Shown in pieces: positions 34,882-44,880 of a stretch of DNA of 64,000 bases (positions within the stretch are counted from its first letter, which is position 1; every line of letters starts with the position of its first letter). The DNA is taken from the NCBI GenBank assembly GCA_017547655.1, contig JAFYPF010000001.1, positions 72,643 to 136,642 of the forward strand, in the 5' to 3' direction. The position numbers were made by a program, and so were the translations under genes. The stretch is from Clostridia bacterium. Lineage in GTDB: Bacteria > Bacillota > Clostridia > Oscillospirales > CAG-272. The notes below the pieces were generated by a model, which saw nothing but the letters and a program-made list of their open reading frames with translations, made no database searches and was not told the DNA's origin.

Positions 34882-36978
34882 TTATTCTGTTATATTGAAA
34901 TACTTATTAAACAGTCTTTTGAGTGTAATACCGCAGTCATTACTTCCGCCCGCCTGTTCGATAACGCACGTTGCTACTATTTGCGGCTCATCATAGGGGG
35001 CAAATGCCATAAAAATACCATTGTTACTTTTTGTTTTTCCGACCTGCGCCGTTCCGGTTTTGCCTCCAAGCTCGATTGGATAGTCAGCAAACACGGGGGC
35101 TGCTGTACCGTTTTCCATAACGTTTCTCATACCAAGCCTTATTGTTTCAAGGTTTTCTTCGGAGAGCTGAACCGTATTTAATACGTTGGGAGTGGGTTCG
35201 TAGATTATTTCGTTTGTGCCGTATTCGCGTACCGAATGAAGTATGTGGGCCTGATATCTTGTTCCGCCGTTAATGAGGGTTGATAGGTACATTGATATTT
35301 GCATCGGTGTGAAGTTATTGTCAGACTGTCCGATTGATGCTTGTATAGTATCTCCGGGAACCCATACCTTGTTGATGGAGGCTCTGTATTCGGGACCTGC
35401 CAATATTCCTGTAGCTTCGGGGATTTCTATTCCCGTAAGCACGCCAAGGCCTAATGATTTACAATATTCGTTAAGTCTTTCTATGGTCAATTGTCTGCCT
35501 ACGTCATAAAAGAAATAGTTGCACGAATTTTGTATTGCTGATATAACGTTGACGTTTCCGTGGCCGTAGCCGTAAGAGGTATATATCCAACAGTGCGGCT
35601 GAAAGTCGTTGTAATACTTATACACCCCGCTGTCGAAAATGGTTGTATTTCTGTTTATAATCCCATTTTCGAGAGCTGCAGCCGCCACGCTTATCTTAAA
35701 TGTTGAGCCGGGTTCGTATGTACCCATAAGCGCTCTGTTGAAGAGGGGATTGTTTTCTGTGTTAAGCAAGTTGTTGTATTCTTTTACGTAGGTTGTTAAA
35801 TTAAAAGTGGGGTTAGAGGCAATTGCCAACACTTCGCCGTTGTGTGGGTTAACTACGGTAGCAGCTCCCGAGCTTACGTCTTCGCCGATATATTGAGAAA
35901 TTTTTGCATCCGGACTAATTGTGCCGTCGGGGAGTGTATATTTTGCCGTATCTTGCGCTATCTTTTCGTTGGCTTTGTTTCGAATATACTGTATATTATA
36001 AGCTAACGCATCTTCGGCGGTAATTTGCATATCAATGTCTATTGTAAGATATACGTCCTTACCGGGAACCGGCTCTTTCTTATAGTATTCGTCTACTCTG
36101 TTTCCTTGCTTATCTTCAACTATAACAAGTATTCCGTCTTGTCCGCGTAGATATTCTTCAAAGGCTTCTTCTGCACCTCCGATGCCGACAATGGCGTCCA
36201 TAGAGTAGCCTTTTTCCGTGTAATAATCAAGCTTTTCCGAGGGGATTTTTCCCGTTCTGCCCAGTATGTGACTTGCATAGGACGGATAGTTATAGACTCT
36301 TTGAGCCTTTTTTTCAATACATACGCCGTTTAAGTTTGCTTCCTCAATTGCCGTAAGCTGAACTTTTGAAATATCATAAGCAACAGTAAATGGATTGAGA
36401 GAGCTGAAATTCAGCCTTTCGGATTCATAGCGTATCGCCATAACGGAAAGGTAATATTCTTTTCCGACTGTAAGATTACCGTTTGAATCAATAAGCCCAT
36501 ATCGTTTTTCTAAAAATTCTGCCAAGCTAACAGCTTCAGTATCTCGGGAGAGTGCATATCTGTCGAGCATTTTTAAAAAATATTTTTCTTTTTGGCTGTC
36601 GTTTTCATACGCTTTGTATTCAATAATTTCTTCATTTTTTTGGAGAGGGAAATATTCTGTTTCAACGGAGTCTTCTAAAATATCTATAAGAGATACTATT
36701 TCGCGGTTTATTGCATAATTGGTTTTTGGGAAACTGCCGCCGTCAAGATATACGTTGTAGGTGTATTCGTTGGATACCAACGGATTACCGTTTCTGTCAA
36801 ATATTTCTCCGCGCAGAGCTTTTACTGTTAAAGTTCTGACGGTTAAGTCTGAAGTGTTTGCTTTTTCGGGGGCAGTTACCTGCAAGTAAATTATTCTTCC
36901 GACGAAAAATGTACATATTAAAACGAAAAGGGAAGCAAGTAATATGTATCTAAAATGATGTCTGCCCGATCTTTTCAA
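34882..36978 (-). CDS. mrdA: Penicillin-binding protein 2 (elongation-specific class B transpeptidase)
   Basis: 698 aa. It has an N-terminal TM and the SxxK (GSTFK), SxN (NSCN) and KTG (GGKTGTA) motifs. It follows mreBCD. Confidence 0.88.
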   Translation of the reverse strand: MKRSGRHHFRYILLASLFVLICTFFVGRIIYLQVTAPEKANTSDLTVRTLTVKALRGEIFDRNGNPLVSNEYTYNVYLDGGSFPKTNYAINREIVSLIDILEDSVETEYFPLQKNEEIIEYKAYENDSQKEKYFLKMLDRYALSRDTEAVSLAEFLEKRYGLIDSNGNLTVGKEYYLSVMAIRYESERLNFSSLNPFTVAYDISKVQLTAIEEANLNGVCIEKKAQRVYNYPSYASHILGRTGKIPSEKLDYYTEKGYSMDAIVGIGGAEEAFEEYLRGQDGILVIVEDKQGNRVDEYYKKEPVPGKDVYLTIDIDMQITAEDALAYNIQYIRNKANEKIAQDTAKYTLPDGTISPDAKISQYIGEDVSSGAATVVNPHNGEVLAIASNPTFNLTTYVKEYNNLLNTENNPLFNRALMGTYEPGSTFKISVAAAALENGIINRNTTIFDSGVYKYYNDFQPHCWIYTSYGYGHGNVNVISAIQNSCNYFFYDVGRQLTIERLNEYCKSLGLGVLTGIEIPEATGILAGPEYRASINKVWVPGDTIQASIGQSDNNFTPMQISMYLSTLINGGTRYQAHILHSVREYGTNEIIYEPTPNVLNTVQLSEENLETIRLGMRNVMENGTAAPVFADYPIELGGKTGTAQVGKTKSNNGIFMAFAPYDEPQIVATCVIEQAGGSNDCGITLKRLFNKYFNITE

Positions 36979-37535
36979 TACAATCCGCCTCTCTTTCTAA
37001 TTGCATATATAGGTAACTCAAGTGCTTTTACCAGAATAAATACGGGAATACATATAACGAGTGTATATAGAAATTCGGGTAAAAGTGTGTATACAAAAAG
37101 CATCTTAAAATCAATGCTGCCAAAATATCTTAACAAATGAAAAACAAATGAAAATGCTGTTCTTGAGAGGCATAAAAGCGGAAGCGAAACGAGATATGCA
37201 GCAAATCGGGCATTATTTCTTGCGTTAAATCCTATTCTGCCGCATACGTATCCCACTAAAGTGTAAAACAACGGAAGAAGAGAAATGTCTGTGCTTCCTA
37301 AAGCTTCAACACAAAGTCCTGCCCAAAGCCCGAAAAGAGCCGCTGTGTTTTCGCCTTTGTATATACCAATGCAGCATATAGCTCCTATTATAATATCCGC
37401 TACTGCGTAAAATACTGTTAGACGAGGCATAAGTGTTGTTTGAAGAACGGCAAGTAATGCTCCCAAAATTCCATATAAAATTATATCGAGGATAATGGAA
37501 AGGTAAGAAAATTTATTATTCATAAGCAGCCTCAA
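36975..37535 (-). CDS. mreD: Rod shape-determining protein MreD
   Basis: 186 aa polytopic membrane protein located directly after mreC. Confidence 0.75.
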   Translation of the reverse strand: MRLLMNNKFSYLSIILDIILYGILGALLAVLQTTLMPRLTVFYAVADIIIGAICCIGIYKGENTAALFGLWAGLCVEALGSTDISLLPLFYTLVGYVCGRIGFNARNNARFAAYLVSLPLLCLSRTAFSFVFHLLRYFGSIDFKMLFVYTLLPEFLYTLVICIPVFILVKALELPIYAIRKRGGLY

Positions 37536-38355
37536 ATTCGGTTATGACCATAACGGTATTTACATTTTCCAAATCTGCCGCAGGTTTTATATATGCTATT
37601 TTTTCTCTTGTAAGTGAATCGGTTTCTATTGTTTCAACCGTGCCTATCAACATTCCTTTGGGAAACATAGCGCTGTCATCGGAGGTTATAATTCTGTCTC
37701 CTACTTCAATGTTCGTGTTTTTGGAAAGATATGAAAGTACACACAGTCCTTTTTTTGATGCGGTAAATGAGCCGGAACAAATGCCTGTTTCGCCGGTCCT
37801 TTCAACAACAGCGCCAAGTGAAACGTCGGGCTCTGTCAATGGTGTAACTTTAGCCCAAGTTAAGCCTACTTCGCTGATGCAACCTAAAACACCGTATTTG
37901 TCAATAACGGGCATCCCGGGGGTTAAGCCGTGGAGTGTACCCTTGTTGATGGTGTATAACACGGTATAAGTGGTTGATTGCCTACCCGTAATCTTTGCGT
38001 TTTCAAAGCTACAGTCAAGATGCTCTTCCTTTATGCCGAAAAATTCTTTCAGGGTTTCATTTTCCTGCAAAGCAAGTTCTGCATTTGCGAGAGCTTCTTG
38101 ATTTTCAGCTAACTGTTGCTTTAAATCTTCATTTTCTTTTTTTAGCTCGTTATATTTTTCTTTTGAAGAAAAAATATCTTCAAAACCGTCAAAAACAAAG
38201 TTTAATCCTTTTTGCACGGGTGTTAAAACAATACCTATGGCATTTCTGACATAAGACGTGTATCCCAAAGCGGATATAAAGGACGTTGTGCCTACAAGCA
38301 ATATCGCTATTACTATCAGCACTATCATAAATTTGTTTTGAAACAGATTTTTCAA
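37516..38355 (-). CDS. mreC: Rod shape-determining protein MreC
   Basis: 279 aa. It has an N-terminal TM, a coiled coil (ELKKENEDLKQQLAENQEAL) and a beta-rich C-domain (GMPV...GLIGTV-like). Confidence 0.88.
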   Translation of the reverse strand: MKNLFQNKFMIVLIVIAILLVGTTSFISALGYTSYVRNAIGIVLTPVQKGLNFVFDGFEDIFSSKEKYNELKKENEDLKQQLAENQEALANAELALQENETLKEFFGIKEEHLDCSFENAKITGRQSTTYTVLYTINKGTLHGLTPGMPVIDKYGVLGCISEVGLTWAKVTPLTEPDVSLGAVVERTGETGICSGSFTASKKGLCVLSYLSKNTNIEVGDRIITSDDSAMFPKGMLIGTVETIETDSLTREKIAYIKPAADLENVNTVMVITEFEAAYE

Positions 38356-38373
38356 TTTGGTTTTCTCCTATGT

Positions 38374-39372
38374 TTATTTTTCGTTAAAGCTTATTGCGTC
38401 AGGGAGAAGCTCGATGATTTTTTGAATTCCCACAACACAGCAGTCAAGGGGATTTTGTGCGCATTTTACTTCAAAACCAAACATTTTTGAATAATATTCT
38501 TGTATTCCGTCGATTAAAGCTCCGCCGCCCGAAAGTGTTAATCCGTATTCGTAAATGTCGGCTGAAAGCTCGGGGTGAAGCTTTTCTAAAGTTGCTTTTA
38601 TACATTCGGTGATTTTTGAAAGCTGTTCTTCTATAGGCTCTTTTAGCTCTGTGTTTTTTACCGTTATAGTCAGAGGTAATCCACTTGCGGCATCTCTTCC
38701 GTAGATTTCCTGCGTTTTTTCTTCGCTTGTTAACGACAGAGTGCCGAGCGTTCTTTTTAATTCTTCGGCATCTGTGAGTGTTACTATAAGATTATGCTTT
38801 CTCTTTAGGTATGCCGCAATTGCCTCGTCAATCTCGTCGCCGCCAACCCTTACCGAGTTGCTTTGTATTATTCCTCCGAGACTCAATACCGCCACGTCGG
38901 TAGTTCCTCCGCCGATATTAACTATCATATTTCCTCTCGGTTCTTCAATGGGCAGTCCCGCTCCCATTGCCGCCGCAAAAGGTGATGGGATAATTGCAAC
39001 GCTCCGAGCTCCTGCTTCTGCGGCTGCTTCTTCGAGCGCTCTTTTTTCAACTTCCGTAATGCTGTTTGATACGGCAAGTACAACGTTAGGTCTGTTTAAG
39101 CTTCCTTTGCCCGATGCTTTTACAAAAAAACCGTGGAGCATAGCAACCGTTATATCAAATTCGGAAATAACACCGTCTTTTATCGGTTTTACCGCTTTTA
39201 CTCCCGCAGGTTCCTTGCCTATCATATTGTACGCATCTTCGCCGAGAGCTACAACGCGGCTTTTTTCTTCGTCTATAGCAATAACAGATGGCTCTCTTAC
39301 GACGATCCCTCTTCCTTTTCTGTATATGTATGTATTTGATGTGCCGAGGTCAATTCCAATAATTCTTGCCAT
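38374..39372 (-). CDS. mreB: Rod shape-determining actin homologue MreB
   Basis: 332 aa. It has IGIDLGTSNT, NIGGGTTDVAV and LSGGGALI, the actin-fold phosphate and adenosine motifs. Confidence 0.93.
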   Translation of the reverse strand: MARIIGIDLGTSNTYIYRKGRGIVVREPSVIAIDEEKSRVVALGEDAYNMIGKEPAGVKAVKPIKDGVISEFDITVAMLHGFFVKASGKGSLNRPNVVLAVSNSITEVEKRALEEAAAEAGARSVAIIPSPFAAAMGAGLPIEEPRGNMIVNIGGGTTDVAVLSLGGIIQSNSVRVGGDEIDEAIAAYLKRKHNLIVTLTDAEELKRTLGTLSLTSEEKTQEIYGRDAASGLPLTITVKNTELKEPIEEQLSKITECIKATLEKLHPELSADIYEYGLTLSGGGALIDGIQEYYSKMFGFEVKCAQNPLDCCVVGIQKIIELLPDAISFNEK

Positions 39373-39388
39373 TACTACACCTCTTTTT

Positions 39389-39985
39389 CTAATCTAAATT
39401 AAATAAGTCTATTTTAAATTCATCTAAAATCATATTGCGCAGTTTTAATATAGGCAAACCTACAACGTTGTTTATATCACCGTTTACGCTTTCAACAAAA
39501 TATCCGCCCTTTTCTTGAATTCCGTATGAACCCGCTTTATCCTTGTGTTCTCCGGTTTCAATATATCTTTTGATTTCTTGGTCGGTAATTTTTCTGAATT
39601 TTATTTTTGTCTTTTCACTGCTTGAAACGGTTTTGCCGTTATATACAGCGCATACTCCCGAATATACGTAGTGGGAAGTATCACTCATACTGCGGAGCAT
39701 ATTTCTCGCATCATCGTCATCAATTGGCTTGCCGAGAATATTGTTTTTTAATGCAACTACCGTATCTGCCGCAATAATGAGAGCATCGGAGTCTTTTATA
39801 TCCTCAAAACAGCCTTCGGCTTTTGCCTTTGCAAGAAGCTCAACCTGTTTAGAGGGCGGAAATTTTTTGATTTTGTCTTTTAAGCTGTTTTCGTCTACCT
39901 CGCCGTCCCATAAGATGTGCTCAATTTTCAGCTCGTCAAACATTTTTCGTCTGCGGGGAGACTTTGAAGCCAATATTATTTTCAT
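39389..39985 (-). CDS. maf: Maf-like nucleoside triphosphate pyrophosphatase
   Basis: 198 aa. It has ILASKSPRRR, AADTVV and GSYGIQ. Confidence 0.9.
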   Translation of the reverse strand: MKIILASKSPRRRKMFDELKIEHILWDGEVDENSLKDKIKKFPPSKQVELLAKAKAEGCFEDIKDSDALIIAADTVVALKNNILGKPIDDDDARNMLRSMSDTSHYVYSGVCAVYNGKTVSSSEKTKIKFRKITDQEIKRYIETGEHKDKAGSYGIQEKGGYFVESVNGDINNVVGLPILKLRNMILDEFKIDLFNLD

Positions 39986-40001
39986 ACTGCCTGTCCTTTG
40001 T

Positions 40002-40259
40002 TTAGCGTTTGAATATGTATTTTGAGATTATAAGGCAGAAAGTGATGCAAATTATTGTAGCTACGTTCAAATTGACAGCCAAGCCGAAAGTCAAATCAAT
40101 TATACCGAGGTTGAGAACAAGCGGATTTTCCATGCCGAATACAAGTCCGTATGACAACCATGAAAGTGAGCCTATATCCTTTGTGAACGTGGCGAGCATC
40201 ATACCGAATACTATTCCGCATAAAACGGGAAATCCCGTATACTTCCAAAATCTGACCAT
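40002..40259 (-). CDS. Small membrane protein (DUF4321-like)
   Basis: 85 aa with 2-3 TM segments. Its position between zapA and maf is conserved in Clostridia. The assignment comes from memory of the family, not from a search. Confidence 0.5.
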   Translation of the reverse strand: MVRFWKYTGFPVLCGIVFGMMLATFTKDIGSLSWLSYGLVFGMENPLVLNLGIIDLTFGLAVNLNVATIICITFCLIISKYIFKR

Positions 40260-40273
40260 TTTTGATAATCTCC

Positions 40274-40528
40274 TTATTTGTTGTTCTTTAATGTTTCTAT
40301 TTCTGCTTTAAGTTTTTCGTTTTCTTTTGCGAGTTTGTTTCTTTCGTCAAGATAGTCAAGCGCACAAAGCAGTAACGCCTCGTTCTTTTGGCGTGTAGAT
40401 GATGAAATTACAAGATCGCTGACTCTGTTTTCGAGAAGTCTGCCGAGTTGTTTTACATATTCGGGATCGTTTTCCGTTACTATATTTATTAAGATTCCCG
40501 ATACTACTAAAGTTATTTTCTGTTTCAT
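40274..40528 (-). CDS. zapA: Cell division protein ZapA
   Basis: 84 aa. An N-terminal beta region (ITLVVSGILINIVT) is followed by a C-terminal coiled coil. Confidence 0.75.
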   Translation of the reverse strand: MKQKITLVVSGILINIVTENDPEYVKQLGRLLENRVSDLVISSSTRQKNEALLLCALDYLDERNKLAKENEKLKAEIETLKNNK

Positions 40529-40690
40529 TGTTTTTTCTCCTGTTTTATTGTTGCATTATTAGCTGAAAATAATGCGAAACCTACTTGAAAAATTATCGAA
40601 AATATAATATAATACCATTATAATATATTTTTCATTAGATTAAAAGGGTTTTTTGAAAAAAATTTATCGTTAGAGAAAGAAATATAGATT

Positions 40691-41485
40691 ATGGAAAGAG
40701 TAAAAAACGCAAAAAGAATAGTTGTGAAGGTTGGTTCTTCGACACTTACTTATGAAAACGGTAAGCTTAACTTGCAGAGAATAGAAAAAATGTGTCGAGT
40801 TTTGAGCAGTTTGAAAAACACCGGCAGAGAAGTGGTTCTTGTATCTTCGGGTGCGGTAAGTGCGGGTATTGGTAAGCTTAATCTGAAAAAACGACCTTCT
40901 TCTGTTGAGGAAAAACAGGCTTTGGCAGCTGTCGGACAGGGCGTTCTTATGATGATTTACGAAAGATTTTTCGGGGATTACGGGCATACCGTTGCGCAGA
41001 TACTTTTGACGAGGGATACCGTTGTCAATGACGTTCCTCGAACCAATGCAGAAAATACGTTTGCAACTCTTTTGAAAATGGGATGTATTCCGATAGTAAA
41101 CGAAAATGATACCGTTGCATTTGACGAAATTAAATTTGGTGACAACGATACGCTTTCGGCACACGTTTCTGTACTTGCAAACGCAGATTTGCTTATAAAT
41201 ATGAGTGACACCGATGGCTTCTACGACAGCGACCCGAGAACCAACCCGAATGCGGAGATGCTTAAGAGAATTCCTAAAGTTGACGAGGCTCTTTATGCTT
41301 GCGCCGACGGTGCGGGATCTGCAAGAGGTACAGGCGGAATGACGTCAAAACTTCACGCCGCTGAAATAGCATGCGGGAACGGAATTCCTATGATGATTGT
41401 AAGCGGTGAGGATTTCTCTATCCTTTACGATATGCTTAACGACGGAATTCAGCACGGTTCATATTTTGAACCCTTTACAAAGTAA
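40691..41485 (+). CDS. proB: Glutamate 5-kinase (short form, no PUA domain)
   Basis: 264 aa. It has VVKVGSSTLT, LVSSGAV, NENDTV and GTGGM. Confidence 0.92.
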   Translation: MERVKNAKRIVVKVGSSTLTYENGKLNLQRIEKMCRVLSSLKNTGREVVLVSSGAVSAGIGKLNLKKRPSSVEEKQALAAVGQGVLMMIYERFFGDYGHTVAQILLTRDTVVNDVPRTNAENTFATLLKMGCIPIVNENDTVAFDEIKFGDNDTLSAHVSVLANADLLINMSDTDGFYDSDPRTNPNAEMLKRIPKVDEALYACADGAGSARGTGGMTSKLHAAEIACGNGIPMMIVSGEDFSILYDMLNDGIQHGSYFEPFTK

Positions 41486-41499
41486 AAAGAGGAAATGTT

Positions 41500-42762
41500 A
41501 TGGAATTTACAAAAGAAATTTACGATTATATCGAACAACTGTGTAAGTCGGTGAAAGCGGCGGAAAGTTCTATTGCGAACAGTTCTTTGCCGCAAAGAAA
41601 CAACGTTCTTGCGCGTATTGCGCAGAAGATTCTCGATAATAAGGAAGCTATTTTAGAGGCAAATGCAATTGACGTTGCAAACGCTGAAGAGAACGGCGTT
41701 ATTCCCACTATGATTGACAGACTTACTCTTAATGAAAGCAGGATTAAGGGCATAAGCGATGCTTTGCTTGAGCTTGTTGGACTTAAAGATGTTCTTGGAG
41801 GCGGCGACGTATGGACCCGCCCAAACGGTATTGAAATTAAAAGAGTAAAAGTTCCGCTTGGTGTTGTTGCGATTATTTTTGAGGCTCGTCCAAACGTAAC
41901 GGTTGATGCTGCGGCTCTTTGCATAAAGACGGGTAACGCGGTGGTTCTCCGTGGCGGCAAAGAGGCTATTTATACAAACAGAGTTTTTGTTGCTCTTATG
42001 AAAGAGGCTATGAAAGAAGAGGGCATTTGTCCCGAGGCTTTGGCTCTCGTTGATAATACTTCTCGCGAGGGCGTATCGGTTCTTATGGGTATGCGTCAAT
42101 ACATTGACGTGCTTATTCCTCGTGGCGGCAAGGGGCTTATCAGAAACGTTGTTGAGAATGCGGCGATGCCGGTTATTGAAACGGGGGCGGGTAACTGTCA
42201 CCTTTACGTTGATTCGGCGGCTGATATAGATATGGCTGTTAAGGTTGCTTCTAATGCGAAGAACCAAAGGCCGTCTGTTTGTAACGCTATTGAAACTTTG
42301 CTTGTACATTCGGCAGTTGCAGAAGAATTTTTGCCCAAATTTGCAGAGGTGTCGAAGCAGTTTGATCTTGAAATAAGAGGTTGCGAGAAAACAAGAAAAA
42401 TTCTTGAAGGTGCTAAAGAGGCTACCGAAGAAGATTATGAAACCGAATATGACGATTACATAATTGCCGTAAAGGTCGTTGACGGTGTTGAAGAAGCAGT
42501 AGCGCATATTAACAAGTACAATACAAAGCACAGCGAGGGTATTATTACAAACGATATAACAAATGCCGAATATTTCAAAAAGACTGTTGATGCGGCGGCG
42601 GTATATGTAAATGCGTCGACACGCTTTACCGACGGAAACGAATTTGGATTTGGCGCAGAAATAGGTATTTCGACACAGAAACTTCACGCAAGAGGTCCTA
42701 TGGGGCTTGAAGCCTTGACTACGGTTAAATATCTTATTTCGGGTAACGGTCAGATAAGATGA
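41500..42762 (+). CDS. proA: Glutamate-5-semialdehyde dehydrogenase
   Basis: 420 aa. It has PLGVVAIIFEARPNVT, the catalytic CNAIETLLVH and HSEGIIT. Confidence 0.93.
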   Translation: MEFTKEIYDYIEQLCKSVKAAESSIANSSLPQRNNVLARIAQKILDNKEAILEANAIDVANAEENGVIPTMIDRLTLNESRIKGISDALLELVGLKDVLGGGDVWTRPNGIEIKRVKVPLGVVAIIFEARPNVTVDAAALCIKTGNAVVLRGGKEAIYTNRVFVALMKEAMKEEGICPEALALVDNTSREGVSVLMGMRQYIDVLIPRGGKGLIRNVVENAAMPVIETGAGNCHLYVDSAADIDMAVKVASNAKNQRPSVCNAIETLLVHSAVAEEFLPKFAEVSKQFDLEIRGCEKTRKILEGAKEATEEDYETEYDDYIIAVKVVDGVEEAVAHINKYNTKHSEGIITNDITNAEYFKKTVDAAAVYVNASTRFTDGNEFGFGAEIGISTQKLHARGPMGLEALTTVKYLISGNGQIR

Positions 42763-43403
42763 CGAAAGATAAAAGGCTAAAACTTAAAGCTGTTGAGGTT
42801 GCGAACAGATTAAAAGAGCATTATTCGTCGGAATGTGCTCTTGAATATCAAGGTGAACCTTGGAAATTGCTTGTTCTTGCGAGGCTGTCTGCGCAGTGTA
42901 CCGATAAAAGAGTGAATATTGTTGCAGTTCCTCTTTTTGAGGCGTTTCCTACGCTTGAGGCTATGGCAGAAAGTGATATTACAAAGCTTGAAGAGATAGT
43001 AAAACCTTGCGGTTTGTATCGAATGAAAGCCAAAGAAATTAAACAAAGCTGTCAGATGCTTGTTGAAAAGTTTAACTGCCGCGTTCCCGACAATATGGAC
43101 GATTTGCTTGAGTTGCCCGGTATCGGAAGAAAAATAGCCAACCTTATTATAGGGGATATCTACGGCAAACCTGCGGTGGTTGCGGATACGCATTGTATAC
43201 GAATATCGGGCAGACTGGGTTTTACCGAAAGTGATGAAAAGTCCCCCGTTAAGGTTGAAATGGCGCTGAAAAAGTATCTTCCCGAAGAAGAACAGTCGGA
43301 TTTTTGCCACAGAATAGTTCAGTTCGGCAGAGAAGTATGCTCGTCGCGTTCGCCCAAATGCGATGACTGTTTTATGGCGGATTTGTGCAAAATGAAAAAA
43401 TGA
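42759..43403 (+). CDS. nth: Endonuclease III
   Basis: 214 aa. It has the HhH-GPD LPGIGRKIAN, DTH, and the C-terminal [4Fe-4S] loop C-x6-C-x2-C-x5-C (CSSRSPKCDDCFMADLC). Confidence 0.92.
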   Translation: MTKDKRLKLKAVEVANRLKEHYSSECALEYQGEPWKLLVLARLSAQCTDKRVNIVAVPLFEAFPTLEAMAESDITKLEEIVKPCGLYRMKAKEIKQSCQMLVEKFNCRVPDNMDDLLELPGIGRKIANLIIGDIYGKPAVVADTHCIRISGRLGFTESDEKSPVKVEMALKKYLPEEEQSDFCHRIVQFGREVCSSRSPKCDDCFMADLCKMKK

Positions 43404-43420
43404 TATATAAGACAAAAAGG

Positions 43421-43452
43421 GCTGATTTTGTTAGAAATCAGCTGTTTTTTTG
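43421..43452 (+). terminator. Rho-independent terminator after nth
   Basis: Stem gctgattt (43421-8) / aaatcagc (43436-43), followed by T7. Confidence 0.8.
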
Positions 43453-43534
43453 TTTTTATGGTGTTGAATTAACTTATAAAATTTTTTGTAAGATTCGACA
43501 TACAAAAAATCTTTTACGTAAGGTGTTTTTCGTA

Positions 43535-43564
43535 TTGACAAAAGTTTGCTTGATGTGATATAAT
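43535..43564 (+). promoter_or_regulatory. Sigma-A promoter for minD-like/mgsA
   Basis: TTGACA (43535-40), an 18-nt spacer, then TATAAT (43559-64) with a TGn extension. Confidence 0.55.
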
Positions 43565-43608
43565 TTAATTACTATATCTATATTTTGCGGAAATGCGGGG
43601 TGTGCTGA

Positions 43609-44394
43609 ATGGCGTGCAGAGTTGTTACCGTTACCTCATTTAAGGGCGGTGTAGGTAAGTCAACCGTTGCCGCAAATATTGCTCTTATGTGGGCAATTGC
43701 AGGGAAAAAGACGTTGCTTGTTGATTGTGATTTCCGTATGAGGAGCCTTGATGTGTTGCTCGGTCTTGAAAATGAAGTTGTACACGATTCGGGTGACGTT
43801 CTTTCTGGAAAGGTTGTTCTTGAAAAAGCTATAATACCTTATCCGGGAAACCGAGATTTACTTTTTTTACCCGCACCTTTTAACTTTAAAAACGGGATAG
43901 ACAAAAAGGCGTTTTCTGATATGCTTGAAGAAGCAAAGGAAAAATATCAGCTTGACTATGTTGTTCTTGATACACCCGGCAGTTCAGGGGAGGAGTTTTC
44001 GGCGGCGGCATCTGCAAGTGAATTGGCATATATCGTTGCCACCCATTCGTTCCCGTCGATAAGGGCGGCGGAGTGTACCGGCCGTGAGCTTGAAGAAATG
44101 GGCGTTGCTGACAGAAAGCTCATAATAAATATGTTTGATACGTCGGGCAGAGACGTTGATAAAAAGCCGTCGGTTGTGGATATAATAGATAAGACGGCGC
44201 TTTGCCTCGGAGGTATAATTCCTTATGATTCGGGACTTATTCTTATGCAGGACAAGGGAGAGCTTATAGACAAATCTGAGGGGCTGAATGTTTATAAAGC
44301 ATTCTTGAACATTCGCCAAAGAGCTGAGGGAAGAAACGTTCCTTTGTTTACCGGATTTCGCGGCATAAACAGGAAAAAGCTTTTAAATTATTAA
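43609..44394 (+). CDS. MinD/ParA-family P-loop ATPase (MinD-like)
   Basis: 261 aa. It has the deviant Walker A SFKGGVGKST and LVDCDFRMRSLDVLLGLE, which is MinD-like. No minC or minE lies adjacent. Confidence 0.75.
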   Translation: MACRVVTVTSFKGGVGKSTVAANIALMWAIAGKKTLLVDCDFRMRSLDVLLGLENEVVHDSGDVLSGKVVLEKAIIPYPGNRDLLFLPAPFNFKNGIDKKAFSDMLEEAKEKYQLDYVVLDTPGSSGEEFSAAASASELAYIVATHSFPSIRAAECTGRELEEMGVADRKLIINMFDTSGRDVDKKPSVVDIIDKTALCLGGIIPYDSGLILMQDKGELIDKSEGLNVYKAFLNIRQRAEGRNVPLFTGFRGINRKKLLNY

Positions 44395-44444
44395 GATTAA
44401 ACAAAAAGATTAAACTTCTTATACATATACAAGGGGAGGAAAAA

Positions 44445-44849
44445 ATGCAGATTGCGATTATAGCAGGAGAAAAGAAAAAGGAATTAATGGCCCAATTTTG
44501 TATTGCTTATTGCGGTATATTGAGTAAGCACGAGCTTTTTGCTACGGGTACTACCGGTAAGTATATTTCCGATGCTACAGGACTTAACATTGAATGCCTT
44601 CTTTCAGGACAGCAGGGCGGTGCAGAACAGGTTGCATCACGTATATCCTATGACGAAATTGATATGCTTCTGTTTTTCAGAGATTCCGACTACAGTTTCG
44701 AAACGGATAACAATCTCGTAAGACTTTGTGATATTCATAACGTTCCTTTGGCGACTAATATTGCTACGGCAGAGGTTCTTGTACGTGCGCTCGACAGAGG
44801 TGACCTCGATTGGAGACAGATTGTTAACCCCAAGTATTCTAAAAAGTAA
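44445..44849 (+). CDS. mgsA: Methylglyoxal synthase
   Basis: 134 aa. It has IALIAHD-like IAIIAGEKKK, ATGTTG, SGQQGGAEQ and TN.ATAE. Confidence 0.85.
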   Translation: MQIAIIAGEKKKELMAQFCIAYCGILSKHELFATGTTGKYISDATGLNIECLLSGQQGGAEQVASRISYDEIDMLLFFRDSDYSFETDNNLVRLCDIHNVPLATNIATAEVLVRALDRGDLDWRQIVNPKYSKK

Positions 44850-44880
44850 TATTTTTTATTCGTGCAGATAATAGATATAT

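Noticed and set aside
40529-40690. I looked for a T-box or other leader upstream of proBA (B. subtilis proBA has one) and upstream of argS (59426-59644).
   Set aside because: Neither intergenic region contains the GGUGGNACCGCG-type T-box core or a terminator/antiterminator pair. They are short, AT-rich divergent promoter regions.
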